Shown piece by piece: positions 25,880-38,735 of a DNA stretch of 64,000 bases. The DNA is taken from NCBI RefSeq assembly GCF_006345805.1, contig NC_043002.1, positions 115,878,001-115,942,000 on the forward strand, read 5' to 3'. Under the pieces are notes generated by a model. That model was given only the letters and a program-made list of their open reading frames with translations, made no database searches and was not told where the DNA came from. Position 1 is the stretch's first letter. Each line of letters starts with the position of its first letter. A program made the position numbers and the translations under genes. The DNA is from Octopus sinensis. Taxonomy: Eukaryota.

Positions 25880-27967
25880 GAAAGAGGCTTGGAGAAGCCA
25901 TTATGAAAGACTGCTGAATGTGGAGAATGAATGGGAAGAGGAGAGCCTGCCAAATGTTGACCCAATAGAGGGACCAGATATCCCAATAGATAGCTCTGTA
26001 GTAGATAAAGCAATTAAGGGTATGAAGCCAGGAAAAGCCCCCGGCCCATCAGGAATCACTGCTGAGATGCTTAAAACATCTGGTGGTGTGGGCTATGGCC
26101 TAGTCACCTGCATTGTAAACCAGGTAGTTCATTATGGATTCATACCCTATGACTGGCATAGCAGCACCATAGTCAACTGCTACAAGGGTAAAGGTGATGC
26201 TCGAGATAGAAATAACTACAAGGGTATTAAACTGTTGGATCAGGTGATGAAGGTCACATTATGGAGAGAAAGTCTGCTTAGATGAGATGCAGTTCGGTTT
26301 TGTGCCGGGTAGAAGCACCACTGATGCCATATTCTTGGTTCGACAACTGCAGGAGAAATACCTAGCTAAAGATAAACCCCTCTACTTAGATTTCATGGAC
26401 TTGGAGAAAGCCTTTGACAGGGTCCCCTGATCCCTTATCTGGTGGGCCATGCAGAAACTGGAGATTGACAAATGGTTAATAAGGGCTGTACAGGTCCTAT
26501 ACAGAGAGGCCATTAGTAAGGTTAGGATTGGTAACGAGAATATTAGGAAGAATTCTGGGTAGAAGTAGGGGTCCACCAAGGCTCAGCCCTTAGTCCCCTT
26601 TTATTCGTCATAGTCCTCCAGGCAATAACAGAGGAATTCAAGATGGGTTGCCCCTGGGAGCTCCTCTATACTGATGACTCATAGCAGAATCACTACCGGA
26701 ACTAGAAAAGAAATTTTGGGTGTGGAAGCTAGGTTTAGAATCAAAAGGCCTTAGAGTCAATGTAGCAAAGACCAAAGTTATAGTAAGTGGGAAGGCGAAC
26801 TCATCACACACCCCCTCAGGTAGGTGGCCCTGCTCGATCTGTAGAAAAGGTGTAGGTAGAAACTCCATAAGATGTACCCAGTGTAAGCTATGGACGTGTA
26901 AGAGGTGCAGCAACATCAAAGGAAAATTAACGGAAAAGATAGCTTTCGTTTGTGGCAGATGCACAGACACCAGATACTCAGAAAACAGATTCCATCACAC
27001 TCCAGGGGAAGAAACTGGAAGTAGTTGGTAGTGGATGCTCAGAGAGTGTCACCACTAGAATACGAATAGCCTGGGCAAAGTTTAGAAAGCTTCTACCCCT
27101 ACTGGCGACAAAGGGTCTCTCGTTCAGAGCGAAAGGTAGATTGTACGATGTATGTGTGCGAACTGCCATGCTGCATGGTAGTGAAACATGGGCTGTGACT
27201 GCAGAGGACATGCGTAGGCTTGAAGGAAATGAAGCTAGCATGATCTGCTGGATGTGTAATGTCAGTGTGCACACACAACAGAGTGTAAGCACCCTGAGAG
27301 AAATGTTGGACATAAGAAGCATTGGATGTGGTGTGCAAGAGAGACGCTTGCATTGGTATGGTCATGTACTACGGATGGATGAGGAGAGATGTATGAAGAA
27401 GTGCCACTCCCAAACAGTTGAAGGAATCCAGGGTAGTGGTAGACCCAGGAAAACATGGAATGAGGTGGTGAAGCATGACCTTCGAATGTTGGGCCTCACA
27501 GGCAATGACAAAAAACCAAGACCTCTGGAGATATACTGGGACTGCAAAGACCCGACAAATAACGTGAGTTCATGGCGGTTTCCTGTACCAGCAAATAACG
27601 TGAGTTCATGGCTTTTCCTGCATCAGCTTCACATAGCAGCCCCAGCCCATCCAAAGTACCTTGGATTGCAGGACGGCCTGCTGTGCTTACTTTGGATCGT
27701 AGGGTGACCTGCTGTGCTTGAGGAGACCCATTCAGTCAAGTACATCAACATCAAATGGAAATTGTAGTTGTGATACCTGTGCTTGTAAAAAGCATCATCC
27801 GAACGTAGCCGATGCCAGCGCCACCTTGACTGGCTTCCGTGCCGGTGGCACGTAAAAAGCACCAACTGATCATGGCCGTTGCTAGCTTCCCCTGGCACCT
27901 GTACTGGTGGCACATAAAAGGCACCCACTACATTCACAGAGTGGTTGGCGTTAGGGAGGGCATCCTG
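25880..27967 (+). mobile_element. 5'-truncated RTE-clade LINE (RT, PHD-like zinc finger, C-terminus, 3' UTR)
   Basis: KAPGPSGITAEMLK..YKGKGD..NYKGIKLL, DLEKAFDRV, GVHQGS, CSICRKGVGRNSIRCTQCKLW, LHGSETW..RRLHWYGHVLRM..GRPRKTW. Stops and frameshifts present. Confidence 0.9.
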
Positions 27968-27969
27968 GT

Positions 27970-30900
27970 TATTACCTGGGTAGGTACAGTCTTTTGTAAG
28001 GTTGTACAGTAGCAGGTGGTTCGGTTGGTAAACCATAGTTTAAGTTATATAGGAGAAAAAAATGGATATAATAAAAATGGGAAACTTGTGGCTTTCGCTG
28101 GTATGCCTTTAACTTAATTAGGTGACATAGAAGGAAGACGCAGAGATGAAGGTAGCATTTACGATCGTTTGAATTTACTGGTTTAAGTAAATCTTTCCAG
28201 AATGCGAATATAGATAGATGCATCGGTTAGGATGTGAAAATAATTGATACATATGTGATGGTAATATAAACTAAGGTAGTAAGTATTACATTAAATTTTG
28301 TTCTTGCACTGGTAAATTCGCTGGTAAAGGTTTGATTGTGGTAGACTGGTTAGTTTCGTTGGGTAATTAGGGTGAGGTGAGTATTATTTAGGAGCAGGGC
28401 TCCTAGTTTAATTAAGCACATTTTTTTCGCATGTTTATATTCTGTGATGAGTTATCACTGGCAGTGTAGGTAAGCAGGTAATTCTAACAGGGTGAGAAGG
28501 GAGCTAACTTGTATCAAATTTTAGGTGGTATAAAATTGTATTATGGTTAATAATTATTTTAATGCTAGAGTTTAAGAAGTTCTTAGTGCTAGAAGGGGCC
28601 CTATGTATGTGCAAAGTGTATTATGGAATGTGTGTGTGTGTGGGGGGGGAGCGAGTGGGGTTGCAGGGTGACTATTTGTGTGTAAGTGTTTAAGGTGTTT
28701 CCCAGTTAATTAGACTTATATAGATGAGTATTCATGTTTGGGATTATGAAAGGCATAGAGGCCTGCGTGAAGACATGAGGGGCTATTCTACTGGTATTTT
28801 GAAAATACATAAAGGCCCACATGAAGACAAAAATTGTTGTTCTCAAATTTTCTGTTCAGAAGTATAGCTAGGCGTTCTGATAGGCAAAGATCGCAGTGTC
28901 TATTTGTGGTGGTGTAGGAAGTTGTTTTTGTGATTATACACAAGTTTAAGCTAAAATCTATTTCTTTTATCCTTAAGTTCCCAAATGTATATACTTAGCC
29001 CTGTTGAGTTAGCCTTATTCCTATTTCTGAAGCTCGATTGGTGTGCATTATATCTGAGAATCATTTGGTTCTTAGTTGTACCTATGTATGATTTTGTCTC
29101 GTTATTTGTGCGGACGTGACATTGGTAAACTATGTTATTTGTCTTGCATCTATTTGAGAAATGGCACTGTGTTCTATCCCTACAGCTGCATAAATAATTA
29201 GGTATATCTACATCCTTGTTGTATTGTGGGGGGGCAATTATTCAAGTCTGTACCTAAGTTAGCAGGAGGCATTGCGTTAGTGGGGAGCTTAGTCCTATTA
29301 GTTGGTTGGTTATTATTCTTATTGTTCATAATCTTTCTAGTTTCGTAGAATTTGTCAAGTTTTTTATTACCATTGAGGCTATTATTGTGGCTAAGTTATT
29401 AGTCAGACTGTGGACTATTCTGATTTTATTCCTAAATAATTCTGTGTATTTATTACTAGCATTATGACCCGTCGTTGCCGGGTCATAGTGCTAGTGCATG
29501 TATATATGTGTACATATTACATGTACATCTATATATATACATCTACACATAAAATACAAAATGCAAAGTTATATCTTGATATCGCTAGTGATAACAATAC
29601 TCAAAATATATAACAGACTGGAATTGTAGGCCTGTCTCTTGCAATTTCGATCAATTGTATCTTGTCCTACCTCTTGTATAGAAGTGTGGCTACAATCTAC
29701 TTCTGGGGGGACATTTTAAATTTTTATCCGGGACGTCCTACGTCCCAGATATACAGGTAAAAATAAAATATTTCCACTTTGCAAGGTTCAAGTCGAGTAC
29801 TCCCTTGCACGCTCTGTTGACTCGAACCTTGCTTCTATTGTGGCGAATTTACCGCCTCTGGTTAGATAATTGATATCTTTCATAGTCGCACCAAGACACT
29901 TTTCGATGGTGCTTTCCTCCAGGTGTTCAAATCTTTTTTTTTCTCTACATTGTATACTTTATAGACAATAGCCTTTTCTTTAATTTAATTTTTTATTTCG
30001 TTTGGTGGTGTTATCTTAGATTCACCGTCTTTGTTGGTGATCAATCCGAAATAGGTTTGTATTTCTTCCATTTTAATTTTAATGAGTTCACGCCCGCCGA
30101 CGGCCACAGTGAAATTCATTTTTGGACTTTCTTCTATCAAAGGCATTCTAACAAAAATGCTTTCGTGTAAACGGTGAAAATATTGTCAATTTCCCCAAAC
30201 AGGGACACTATTCAATTTTTAAACCATAACCAAAGCTCCTTCTCCCAAAGTGGGAGGGTTACAGTTTACAATTATTTAACAAATGCAACACAACAACGTT
30301 CCCCTTACGAGGAACCAACAAACGTGATAATAATAGTTTAACAGTAATAATAACAACAAACCTTACGGTGAATCAAAAAGCAGTACGCAGTTGAAGCTAT
30401 AGTCTTTTATGTATAAGAAATAAACCAACAGCAGTACTCAGTAGAAGCGGATGTTCACTATTACATACAGCCAAACTTCATCTTATTTAATATCAGTTTG
30501 TTGGTATTAGTGTTGCAGTTATTTTTGTTGTTGTTAGTGGTTTGTGTATAGGAATCCTTGGGAATTTTCATATTGGTGTTGTTTCCATTGGGGTTACTCA
30601 AAATTATCTTATTGTTGGTGTAATTTGTGGTGGTGCATGATGTGTGGTTGGTGTTAGTGGTATTGGTGAGTGGGTTCCTGTTATTTGGGCTGCTTATAGG
30701 GTGATTAGGGCTTAGGTATTTGATTTTTTGTTTAAATCCTGCTTTCTGTAGTGTGGAGTTATAGGTTTCTTTATGTCTGTTGAAGATATCTATGTTAGAA
30801 GAGACGAGTGATATTCTATTGCTAATGCTATGTACTAAGCTTCTCTTAATAAAATTGGGGTGGTTACTTGCAGCGTTTATATATTTGAAGTTTGTGTAGG

Positions 30901-31005
30901 GTTAATAGGTTTCATGTAGGGTTCATAGAGTCCTGTGACTAGGTTGCAGGTTGTGTCTAAGTAGTTAATAGAGGTGTGTTCCTTTTCAATAACCCTAGAA
31001 TTATA
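27970..31005 (-). mobile_element. Penelope-like element (RT C-terminus + GIY-YIG endonuclease), interrupted at ~29455-30490
   Basis: Manual minus-strand translation gives CSCRDRTQC..NIVYQCHV..SYIGTTK..RYNAHQSSF..IWELKD (~28960-29190) and YINAASNHPNFIK..ISNRISLVSSNIDIF..YNSTLQKAGF (~30720-30890). Confidence 0.85.
29640..30125 (-). pseudogene. Degraded ORF1/gag-like fragment of an unidentified retroelement
   Basis: MNFTVAVGGRELIK...FEHLEESTIEKCLGATMKDINYLTRGGKFATIEARFES...LPVYLGRRTSRIKI*NVPPEVD, with a frameshift and stops. The family assignment is an impression only. Confidence 0.35.
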
Positions 31006-31240
31006 GTCCAACACATATGAAACCATTAATTGGTTCTCCAACATACAGAACAAGACAACTACAAATTTATACAGATGGACATAGTAGACTACTACTCCTC
31101 AAGTAACCCTACGATCCTCAATAGTGCCCTAATATATGCCAAAAATTTAAATGCAATTGAACATGAAGGAAATAAATGTAATATTAGAAGTGAGGAAATC
31201 ACTTTTTAGCTTTGATAATAAACTCTGTTGGCAACAAAAG
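31006..31240 (+). mobile_element. Inverted upstream RT segment of a Penelope-like element
   Basis: INWFSNIQNK..KFIQMDIVDYYSS..LNSALIYAK..RKSL (with frameshifts) on the + strand, abutting the minus-strand RT. Confidence 0.7.
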
Positions 31241-31244
31241 TAGA

Positions 31245-31910
31245 TTTCTGTCTCAGAGTGAAAGTCAGATTGCATGTTGCTTGTGTATGAACAGCAATGC
31301 TACATGGCAGTGAGATGTGGACCCTGAATGTAGAGTACATGCAAAAACTTCAGTGGGCTGAGGCTAATATGCTCTGTTGGATTTGCAGTGTCAGTGTGCA
31401 TGTATGACAAAGAGCTAATATATTGGTTTCAAATTTTGGCACAAGTCCAGCAATTTCAGGGGAGAGAGCAGATTGGTTTCATCAGTTCCAGTGTTCCACT
31501 GGTATTTATTTTATTGCCCCAAAAGGGTGAAAGGCAAAGTGAAACTTGGCAGAATTTGAACTTAGAACGTAAAGATGGATGAAATATCGCCAAACCTTTT
31601 GCCCGTCTTGCTGATGATTCTACCAGCTCACTACCTTAACAAATGCTAATATATCAAGAGAAAAAAATAAGGCATAAGAGGAATCACCTGTGTGCAAGAG
31701 AGAAAATTATGTGGATTCAGTCATGTGATGTTTACGGATGAGGACGGCTGTCTTAAGAAGTGTTGTTGCTTAAAGTGGATGGAACATGTGGATGAAGGAG
31801 ACCCAGAAGCTACGATGAAGTAGAGAAAGCTGATCTCACAATTCTGAGCCTCTCAGAATAATTGATGGAGGACCGAGATGATTGGCAATTTTGGTGTGAT
31901 TGAGACATGA
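31245..31910 (+). mobile_element. Older RTE LINE fragment with a SINE inserted at ~31410-31640
   Basis: Degraded homolog of the LHGSETW...CW.C.VSV segment at 27170-27270. A similar relic lies at ~53300-53600. Confidence 0.6.
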
Positions 31911-34900
31911 CAACAAAATTGTGGTCTTAAGATATTTTGTTTATGCTTGTATATGCTGGTCTCAGTCCATACAACCATTTTGCTTCATGAAACATTCCCC
32001 ATATCTCATCCCCAAAACCCCCTTTCCCTAACACTTATGATTCCATCACTCTTCTATCTATAACACTACCTGGCTGCCATAATCAATTGAGAGCAGAATT
32101 GGTACATATTACATTTCCATCAATTACCTCTTTGCGCCTTCAGGATCTCTCCTTCTTCTCTGTTATACTTTATCTTTTATAGTTGAAGTTCTTAAGAGTA
32201 GCCACCTCTCATAAAGACGTTTAAGGATTGTAGTACTATAAAGTATAGGTAAATCAGAGATGAAAGGTAATAACGGTGAAAAATGTAATACTGTCAGTAT
32301 AAATGTATATGTATTTATATACTCCTGTACTGTTTATAAGTTAGGTAACTGAAATTTTAAAAAGGTTTTATTAATCTGATGTGTGCATCAAATTAAAAAC
32401 TCATTTTGTTTGTTAATTAGTCCTGATTTAGATCCCAGAAAGTTAAGTGCTTCCATGCAACATAAATTACAATTACTCCTGTCTCCTTTATACAAAATTG
32501 CAGTCTGTATAATGCTTTATTTTTTTTTTTTTTTACTTGTTTCAATCATTGGACTGAGCAGATATGCTGAGCTCAATGAACCAATCCTGGTACTTAATTG
32601 TTTCTTTAGCCTGGTACTTATTCCATCAGTCTTTTTCTGCCAAACCACGAGATTAAGAGGATGTAAACAAACTTACACTGATTGTCAAGCAATAGTGAAC
32701 TTCTTTCAATTTTTGTCTACCAAATCCTCTCATGGCCAGCCTAGGTGTCTAAGGTGCTACACAGTGGAACTGAACCCAAAACCATGTGGTTGGGAAGTAA
32801 ACTTCTTACCATACAGTCGTATTATTTGTATTCTTAAATTAATTATAAATATTTTTTATTTTTCTATTATTAACTTTTAATTTCTATATTACTATATCAA
32901 ATATATACAGTATTACAGTCTATATTTTGACTCACTTTTCTACTAAATTTATACCAAAATGCTCAAGCCATTTAATTGTATATCTGTCTAGTATTCCTTT
33001 CATCTGAACCCTCTTATGTTGTTTTTGACTCGTTCCTGTTATATCTCATTTTTTCCACTTTTTTTTTCTTTCTCTGATCATCTGTTTCTTTGAAGTTACA
33101 CTATCCCAGTAAATTTATGACTCTGTTGATTGACACCCAAATTTAACCCTTTAGCATTCTGTCAAAGGCAATTCTTATTTATTCACATTGTTTTGAATTA
33201 ATCCTATATTATCTTATAGCTATGAGATTTAAACAATGTGATTGCTTATTTTGAGTATAGCATTGTAGGTGAAGTGTGAGAGGCCAGAACTGGCCAGTTT
33301 GAACACAAAACAGGTCAGATATTTGAGCTGGATATGGCCAGTTTAAACACTAAAAGGTTAAATGCCGCATTACCTACATGAGCAGCCAACTATTTGGCTG
33401 TCCGGTCTGGTCTGGTTAGTAACGTCAGTATTACAACCAATTTTATCATGGTATGAAGTTTGCTTCCCAACCACACGGCCTCCAGATTCAGTCCAACTGC
33501 ATAGCACCTTGGGCAGATGTTGTCTGTTATAGCCCTTGTGAGTGTGTTTTGGTAGCTGGAAACTGAAAGAAACATACTGCATGTATATATATATACACAT
33601 CATCATCACCATCTAATGTCTGCCTTCCATGCTGGTATTGGTTGGATGATATGACAAAAGCTGGCTAGGCAGGAACCTGCATCAGGCTTCTGTGTTTGTC
33701 TTGGCACAGTTTTACTGCTGAATGCCCTTCCTAACACCAACCGTCCAGCAAGGTGGCAAAGTGCTTTTTGTGTGGCACAAACATAGGTGAGGTCGGTTTT
33801 GGCATGGTTTTTACAGCTGGATGCCCTTACAGACGCCAACCACTTTACAGTGTGGATTGGATGCTTTTTGGTGTTTGCATGTGTGTGTGTGTGGTTTGAA
33901 TTTGTCCCCCACCATTGCTTGACAACTGGTATTGGTTTGTTTACATCCCTGTAACTTAATGGTTCAGCAAAAGAGACTGATAGAATAAGTACCAGACTTA
34001 AAAAAATTAATACTGGGGTTGATCTGTTTGATTAAATCTTTGAAAATGGTGCCTTAGCATGACTGCAGTCAAATGAGTGAAACAAGTAAAAGATTAAAAG
34101 ATTGAAGCATCTTTGGTCTCTCTGTCTTTTATTTGCATTGTCAAAGTGTTTGCTTCCTTGCTACAACACAACACTATGTCTCCCACTGATTGTGTATTTA
34201 TAAGTGCATTCATTCCAGTGCTTATGTCTTTTATCTTCTACTAGTTTCGGCTTGAGAGCTGCGACCATGCTGAGGCACCGCCATATATTGATTTGTTCAT
34301 TTGGTTTCAATGAGATGACAAGTGGGTCACATGTGGTATAGGTTAAAATTACATAATCACTGTTTATATTCATGGTTATGTGTTTTCCCCCATGTTAAAT
34401 GCTTTATCTGCTCTATCTGTTGTTGAAACAGTTGCAGCCTAAGAGTAAATGTAATACCAGTGCCTCCATTTTTTTGGCTTGTTATATCATTTGATTGATG
34501 AAATATTTCCTCCATTTTCAGTCGGTGAGGAACATTTTCTCCTACTGAAGGATTGTTTCCTTCCATACATACTGTTAGCCAGTATTTGCATGAGTGTTGA
34601 CTGAGGTAAAGACCCCAACCCTACTTTAGTCATGAATGACCATGGGATTGCACCTAGAGATTCCCCTCTGGGCAAGGTTGTTTATGGAAGACCAGCAGTC
34701 GCCCATGCATGCCAGCCTCTCTTCTCTGCACCACCAATGTTATCCAAGGGAAAGACAAAGGCTGATACAGTTTGGCACCAGTGATGTTGCAACTCTTTTC
34801 TACAGCTGAGTGAACTAGAACAACATGAAATAAAGTGTCTTGCTCAAGAACACAACATGCAGCCTGGTCCAGGAATAGAACTCACTACCTCATGACATTC

Positions 34901-36007
34901 TAACCAATGAGCCATGTGCCTCTACACTGACTCAAGTAGTAACCTGGATTTTACAAATCTTCTTTTGTATAATATATCATTATCATCATTGTTTAATGTC
35001 CACTTTTCCATACGTGTATGGGCTGGATGGAATTTGTTGAGGCAGATTTTCTATGGCTGGATACCCTTTCTGTTGCCAACTCTCACCTATTTCCAAATAA
35101 GATAATATTTCTTATAGTCAGACATGTTTTCATGGAAGATTGGAAACAAAGGACACTGCTTATATGACAGTGACACTTGTCTACAACTAGCACATAATGT
35201 CAAGATAAGGAAACACTGACACACCCACAGCCATGCACATACACAGATGCACGTATATATATATAATCAATGGAAATTGTAGTTGTGATACCAGTGCCAG
35301 TGGCACGTAAAAAGATCCATCCGAACGTGGCCGTTGCCAGCGCTGCCTCAGCTGGCTTCCGTGCTGGTGGCACGTAAAAAGCATTAAACAATCGTGGCCG
35401 TTGCCAGCCTCGCTTGGCACCTGTGCCGGTGGCACATAAAAAGGACTCACTACACTCACGGAGTGGTGGGCATTAGGAAGGGCATCCAGCTGTAGAAACA
35501 CTGCCAGATCAGACTGGTGCCTGGTGCAGCCTCCTGGCTTCCCAGACCCCAGTTGAACCGCCCAACCCATGCTAGTATGGAATACGGACATTAAATGATG
35601 ATGATGATGATATTATGTAGCAGAAGCTGCTTACCCAAAGTGTCACAGAATGGGACTGAACTTGAAATCCTGTGGTTGGGAAGCAAACTTCTCAACCACA
35701 CAGTCACATTTGTACCCCTATACAAAATACATAGACAAATGTATGTATCTAGGTAGGTAGGAAGTTGGTAGGTAACAAAACAACTAATAGACTTCTGTAT
35801 AGCTTGTGTGTAGAAAATTCCACCTTTAATGCATTTATGAGTCTAAGTTTATGGTAGAAGATACTTGTGTTAGGTGTTGCACTGTGGGAATGAACTCTGG
35901 TCCATGTATTTGCAAAGTACATTTCTTAACTAAATGAATATGACCACATTTTTATGTTTGTTTGTATTTAAAAAAAAATTTATTTGATTGTTTTTATTTT
36001 TTAATAG

Positions 36008-36157
36008 GTGTATGTTATGTCCGATGATTATAATGAACCAAGGAAAACCTGGAAGGACTGGAATTGGGAATTGATATCCAGTGTAATCAGTGTAGATGAA
36101 CCGGATCCTACCTTAATGTGTATACTCATTCAAAAGGACGAAGATATGGCTATACTG
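36008..36157 (+). CDS. CTBS-like: CTBS-like exon 2 (contains apparent 1-nt deletion near 36120)
   Basis: Acceptor ttttttaatAG. VYVMSDDYNEPRKTWKDWNWELISSV..DPTLMC resembles CTBS VFVFDVGQKTWKSYDWSQITTV..DSELMC. The shifted frame from 36121 reads YTHSKGRRYGYT-G (CTBS YAHSKGARVVLK-G) and gives the phase-1 donor needed by exon 3. Confidence 0.85.
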
Positions 36158-36519
36158 GTAAAAATATTTACCACAATTTATGTGCATATGTCTGTTAATC
36201 CATAAATGTTTAAAAATATTTTTGAAGTAATCTATCATCTAATATATAGGATAAAGATCCTTCCCAAGTCATATATATTCTCATGGACAAGATGCCAGTC
36301 CATCATAGGATTACTCATTTCTGCCAGCTGAGTGAACTTGAGCAAAATGCCCAAGAACATATGTTGCCCAGTTCAGGAATTGAAACCTCAGTCTTAGGAT
36401 CATGAGTCAATACACTAACCACTAAGCCATGTGTTTTCACATAGTCTAGTATATACTTAAAGAAAAAATGAAACTCAATAATTATGTAGTTAAGTTGGAA
36501 AAATTATTTTAATCTGTAA

Positions 36520-37037
36520 TCTATATATATATAAAACTAGTTGTGTGAGTGTCTGTCTCCTACGATTTAGATTCCTAACTCCTCCCACATTTTGCGGTGC
36601 AGTTTAACCAAATTCGGGTATCTTATAGTCGTGATTCATATCGAGCCCGTCTGGCTATTAGCGCGCGTCTACGATGAGTCTACGATTTTAAAAATAATTT
36701 AACATCATTTTTTTATTCCATTTTAATGCATAATTTTTCGTGTGTCGATGGCAGCGGAGTTGGCGTCCACGCTCAAACACCTGCACCTGTGTTTGCTTCT
36801 CCCCCTTCTTCCCTCCCTCATGAAGCTGTGGGGAAGGGAGTTTAAGGAAATCAACGTCGTAAAGCGTTGTCAAGGAGACCAGCGTTCTTTTAGAACAACG
36901 ACTTCATGGCTTGAAGACACCAAAACAGAAATGGCTAAGAAAGCCCGAATTGGCATCTATAAAGGAAATAACTCTCTAAAAATGCTTATATAGTTATTTC
37001 CCTTACAAACCCGAGCAACGCCGGGCGATACTGCTAG
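36520..37037 (+). mobile_element. Complete 518-bp non-autonomous Helitron
   Basis: A|TCTATATATATAAAAC start, cccgagcaacgccggg hairpin at 37010-37025, CTAG|T end. Confidence 0.85.
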
Positions 37038-37744
37038 TTGGAAGTAAGAGAATAAAAGCACAACTAGAAAGAGGAAAGTTGCCTCTATGAAAATAAACTT
37101 TTGGGTGTTTGGGTGTTGAGGCAAAGAAATATATCCAAAAATACATTTTGAATTGACTTAAGAATCTGATAAATCTTCAATAAATTAAGATTTTCCTTCC
37201 TCTTGGATAATGATCACGAATGTTTGAAATGAAGTGAAAAATTTAAGGAAGTTTGACTTGCTAATTAGATTTGAAGGCTGTAGCTTGACAGTGTGTGGAA
37301 TATTTCATTAATTATGGAGTAGGACTTCTCACCTTCCCTAGTAACACAGAGTTACAAAGAAGAAATTCGATTTTGGTTATCAATAATTTGTTCTCTGTGG
37401 AGAACAGTTTACTTATCCTGGACTGATGATATATCAGTGCTCTTGTTTATGCTGCCAAATAAGTCAAAATGTTTCCCCTAAGATTATGAACTTACATCTG
37501 TGTTTTGCCTCCAGAACCATCTTGGAAATATCTAACATCAATAAGTTAACTGAATTCAAGAACTTTTAAAAGTATTACCCAATGAGTGAAGTTCTAGGTC
37601 AAACTGTGGCAGGACTTTCTGAATGGCTCACCTAAATAAAAAAATACTTTTATATAAAATAATACCACGCCCCTACAAGTCATTAATATCTGTTAATTCT
37701 GGTGTATCTTAAAGTATGCCGAGCCATTCACATTATTAAACAAA

Positions 37745-38735
37745 AATAATAATGAAATTATTGTATACAGTGCTCAGGTGCACCACAACTTGTCAGAAAG
37801 TGCATATAAAGTATATGCAGTAATGTACAAATGTCTGTGAAGCGAACAGTGTATGAGTCAGATACATGCTTGCGTGTGTATGGAGGGGAGACAATCAGGT
37901 GTGGTGTTGGCGAATCTCAGAAAGCATGGAAGTTTTGAAGGATGCAGTGCTCCGACAACTAACAACTGATGCCGGCAGTTTGTTCCATGCTTCAGCAACT
38001 CTCACCGTGAAAAAATGTTTCCTGAAGTCATGGGAGCTGTGCTGTTTTCTGACTTTGTAAATATGTCCACGGGTGTTAGACGGGTGGAGTTTGAAAAGGT
38101 GCTCAGAGTTATTGTTTGTACGATGGTTAATAATTTTATGGGTGTCTGCCAAGTCAGCTGCCACACGTCAGAGTTTCAATGTGTCCATGCCCAGGGAAGT
38201 AAGGCGTTCAGGATATGGCAAATGCCTGATGGAGGGTATTCTTTTGGTTGCACGTCGCTGAACAGCTTCCAGACGATTGATATCCTGGGCAAGATAGGGA
38301 TTCCAGACCGGTGATGCAAATTCCAGGTGAGGTCTTACCATAGCTATATAAAGCTGCAGATAGATACCCGGAGAGCGGCTCACAAAGGATTTGGTGAGTG
38401 ATGCCAAGACACCCTCAGCCTTCTTGACAATTTTAGCGATGTGTTTTGTCCAACGCAAATCACTGTCGACAATAACACCCAGGTCACGTTCACATGAAGA
38501 CTTTTTGAGACTAATGTTGTGGAGGGAGTTTGGGTTTCTCTTCCCAAAATTCATGGTGGTACATTTGTCCACAGCCAGCTTGAGTTGCCAGTCCATGATC
38601 CACTGCTGCATTGTGTCCAGGTCTGCTTGCAATAGAGATCCATAGTGTACAGGATTTGACCTCTTTATGACACTCACTTCTGCTAGATGCAGTAAGTATA
38701 ACACGAATGAATGATGATATTAAATGTGAGGACAA
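37745..38735 (-). mobile_element. CR1-type LINE 3' fragment
   Basis: LQADLD..W..DWQL..KC..ERDLGV..RPHLEFASPVWNP..LEAVQRRATK..TRGH..FFTVRVAEAWNKLP, plus 3' tail with (ATT)n. Confidence 0.9.

Noticed and set aside
36122-36205. Supplied ORF continuation ILIQKDEDMAILVKIF...
   Set aside because: Homology and splice phase favour the shifted frame HSKGRRYGYTG; the remainder is intron.
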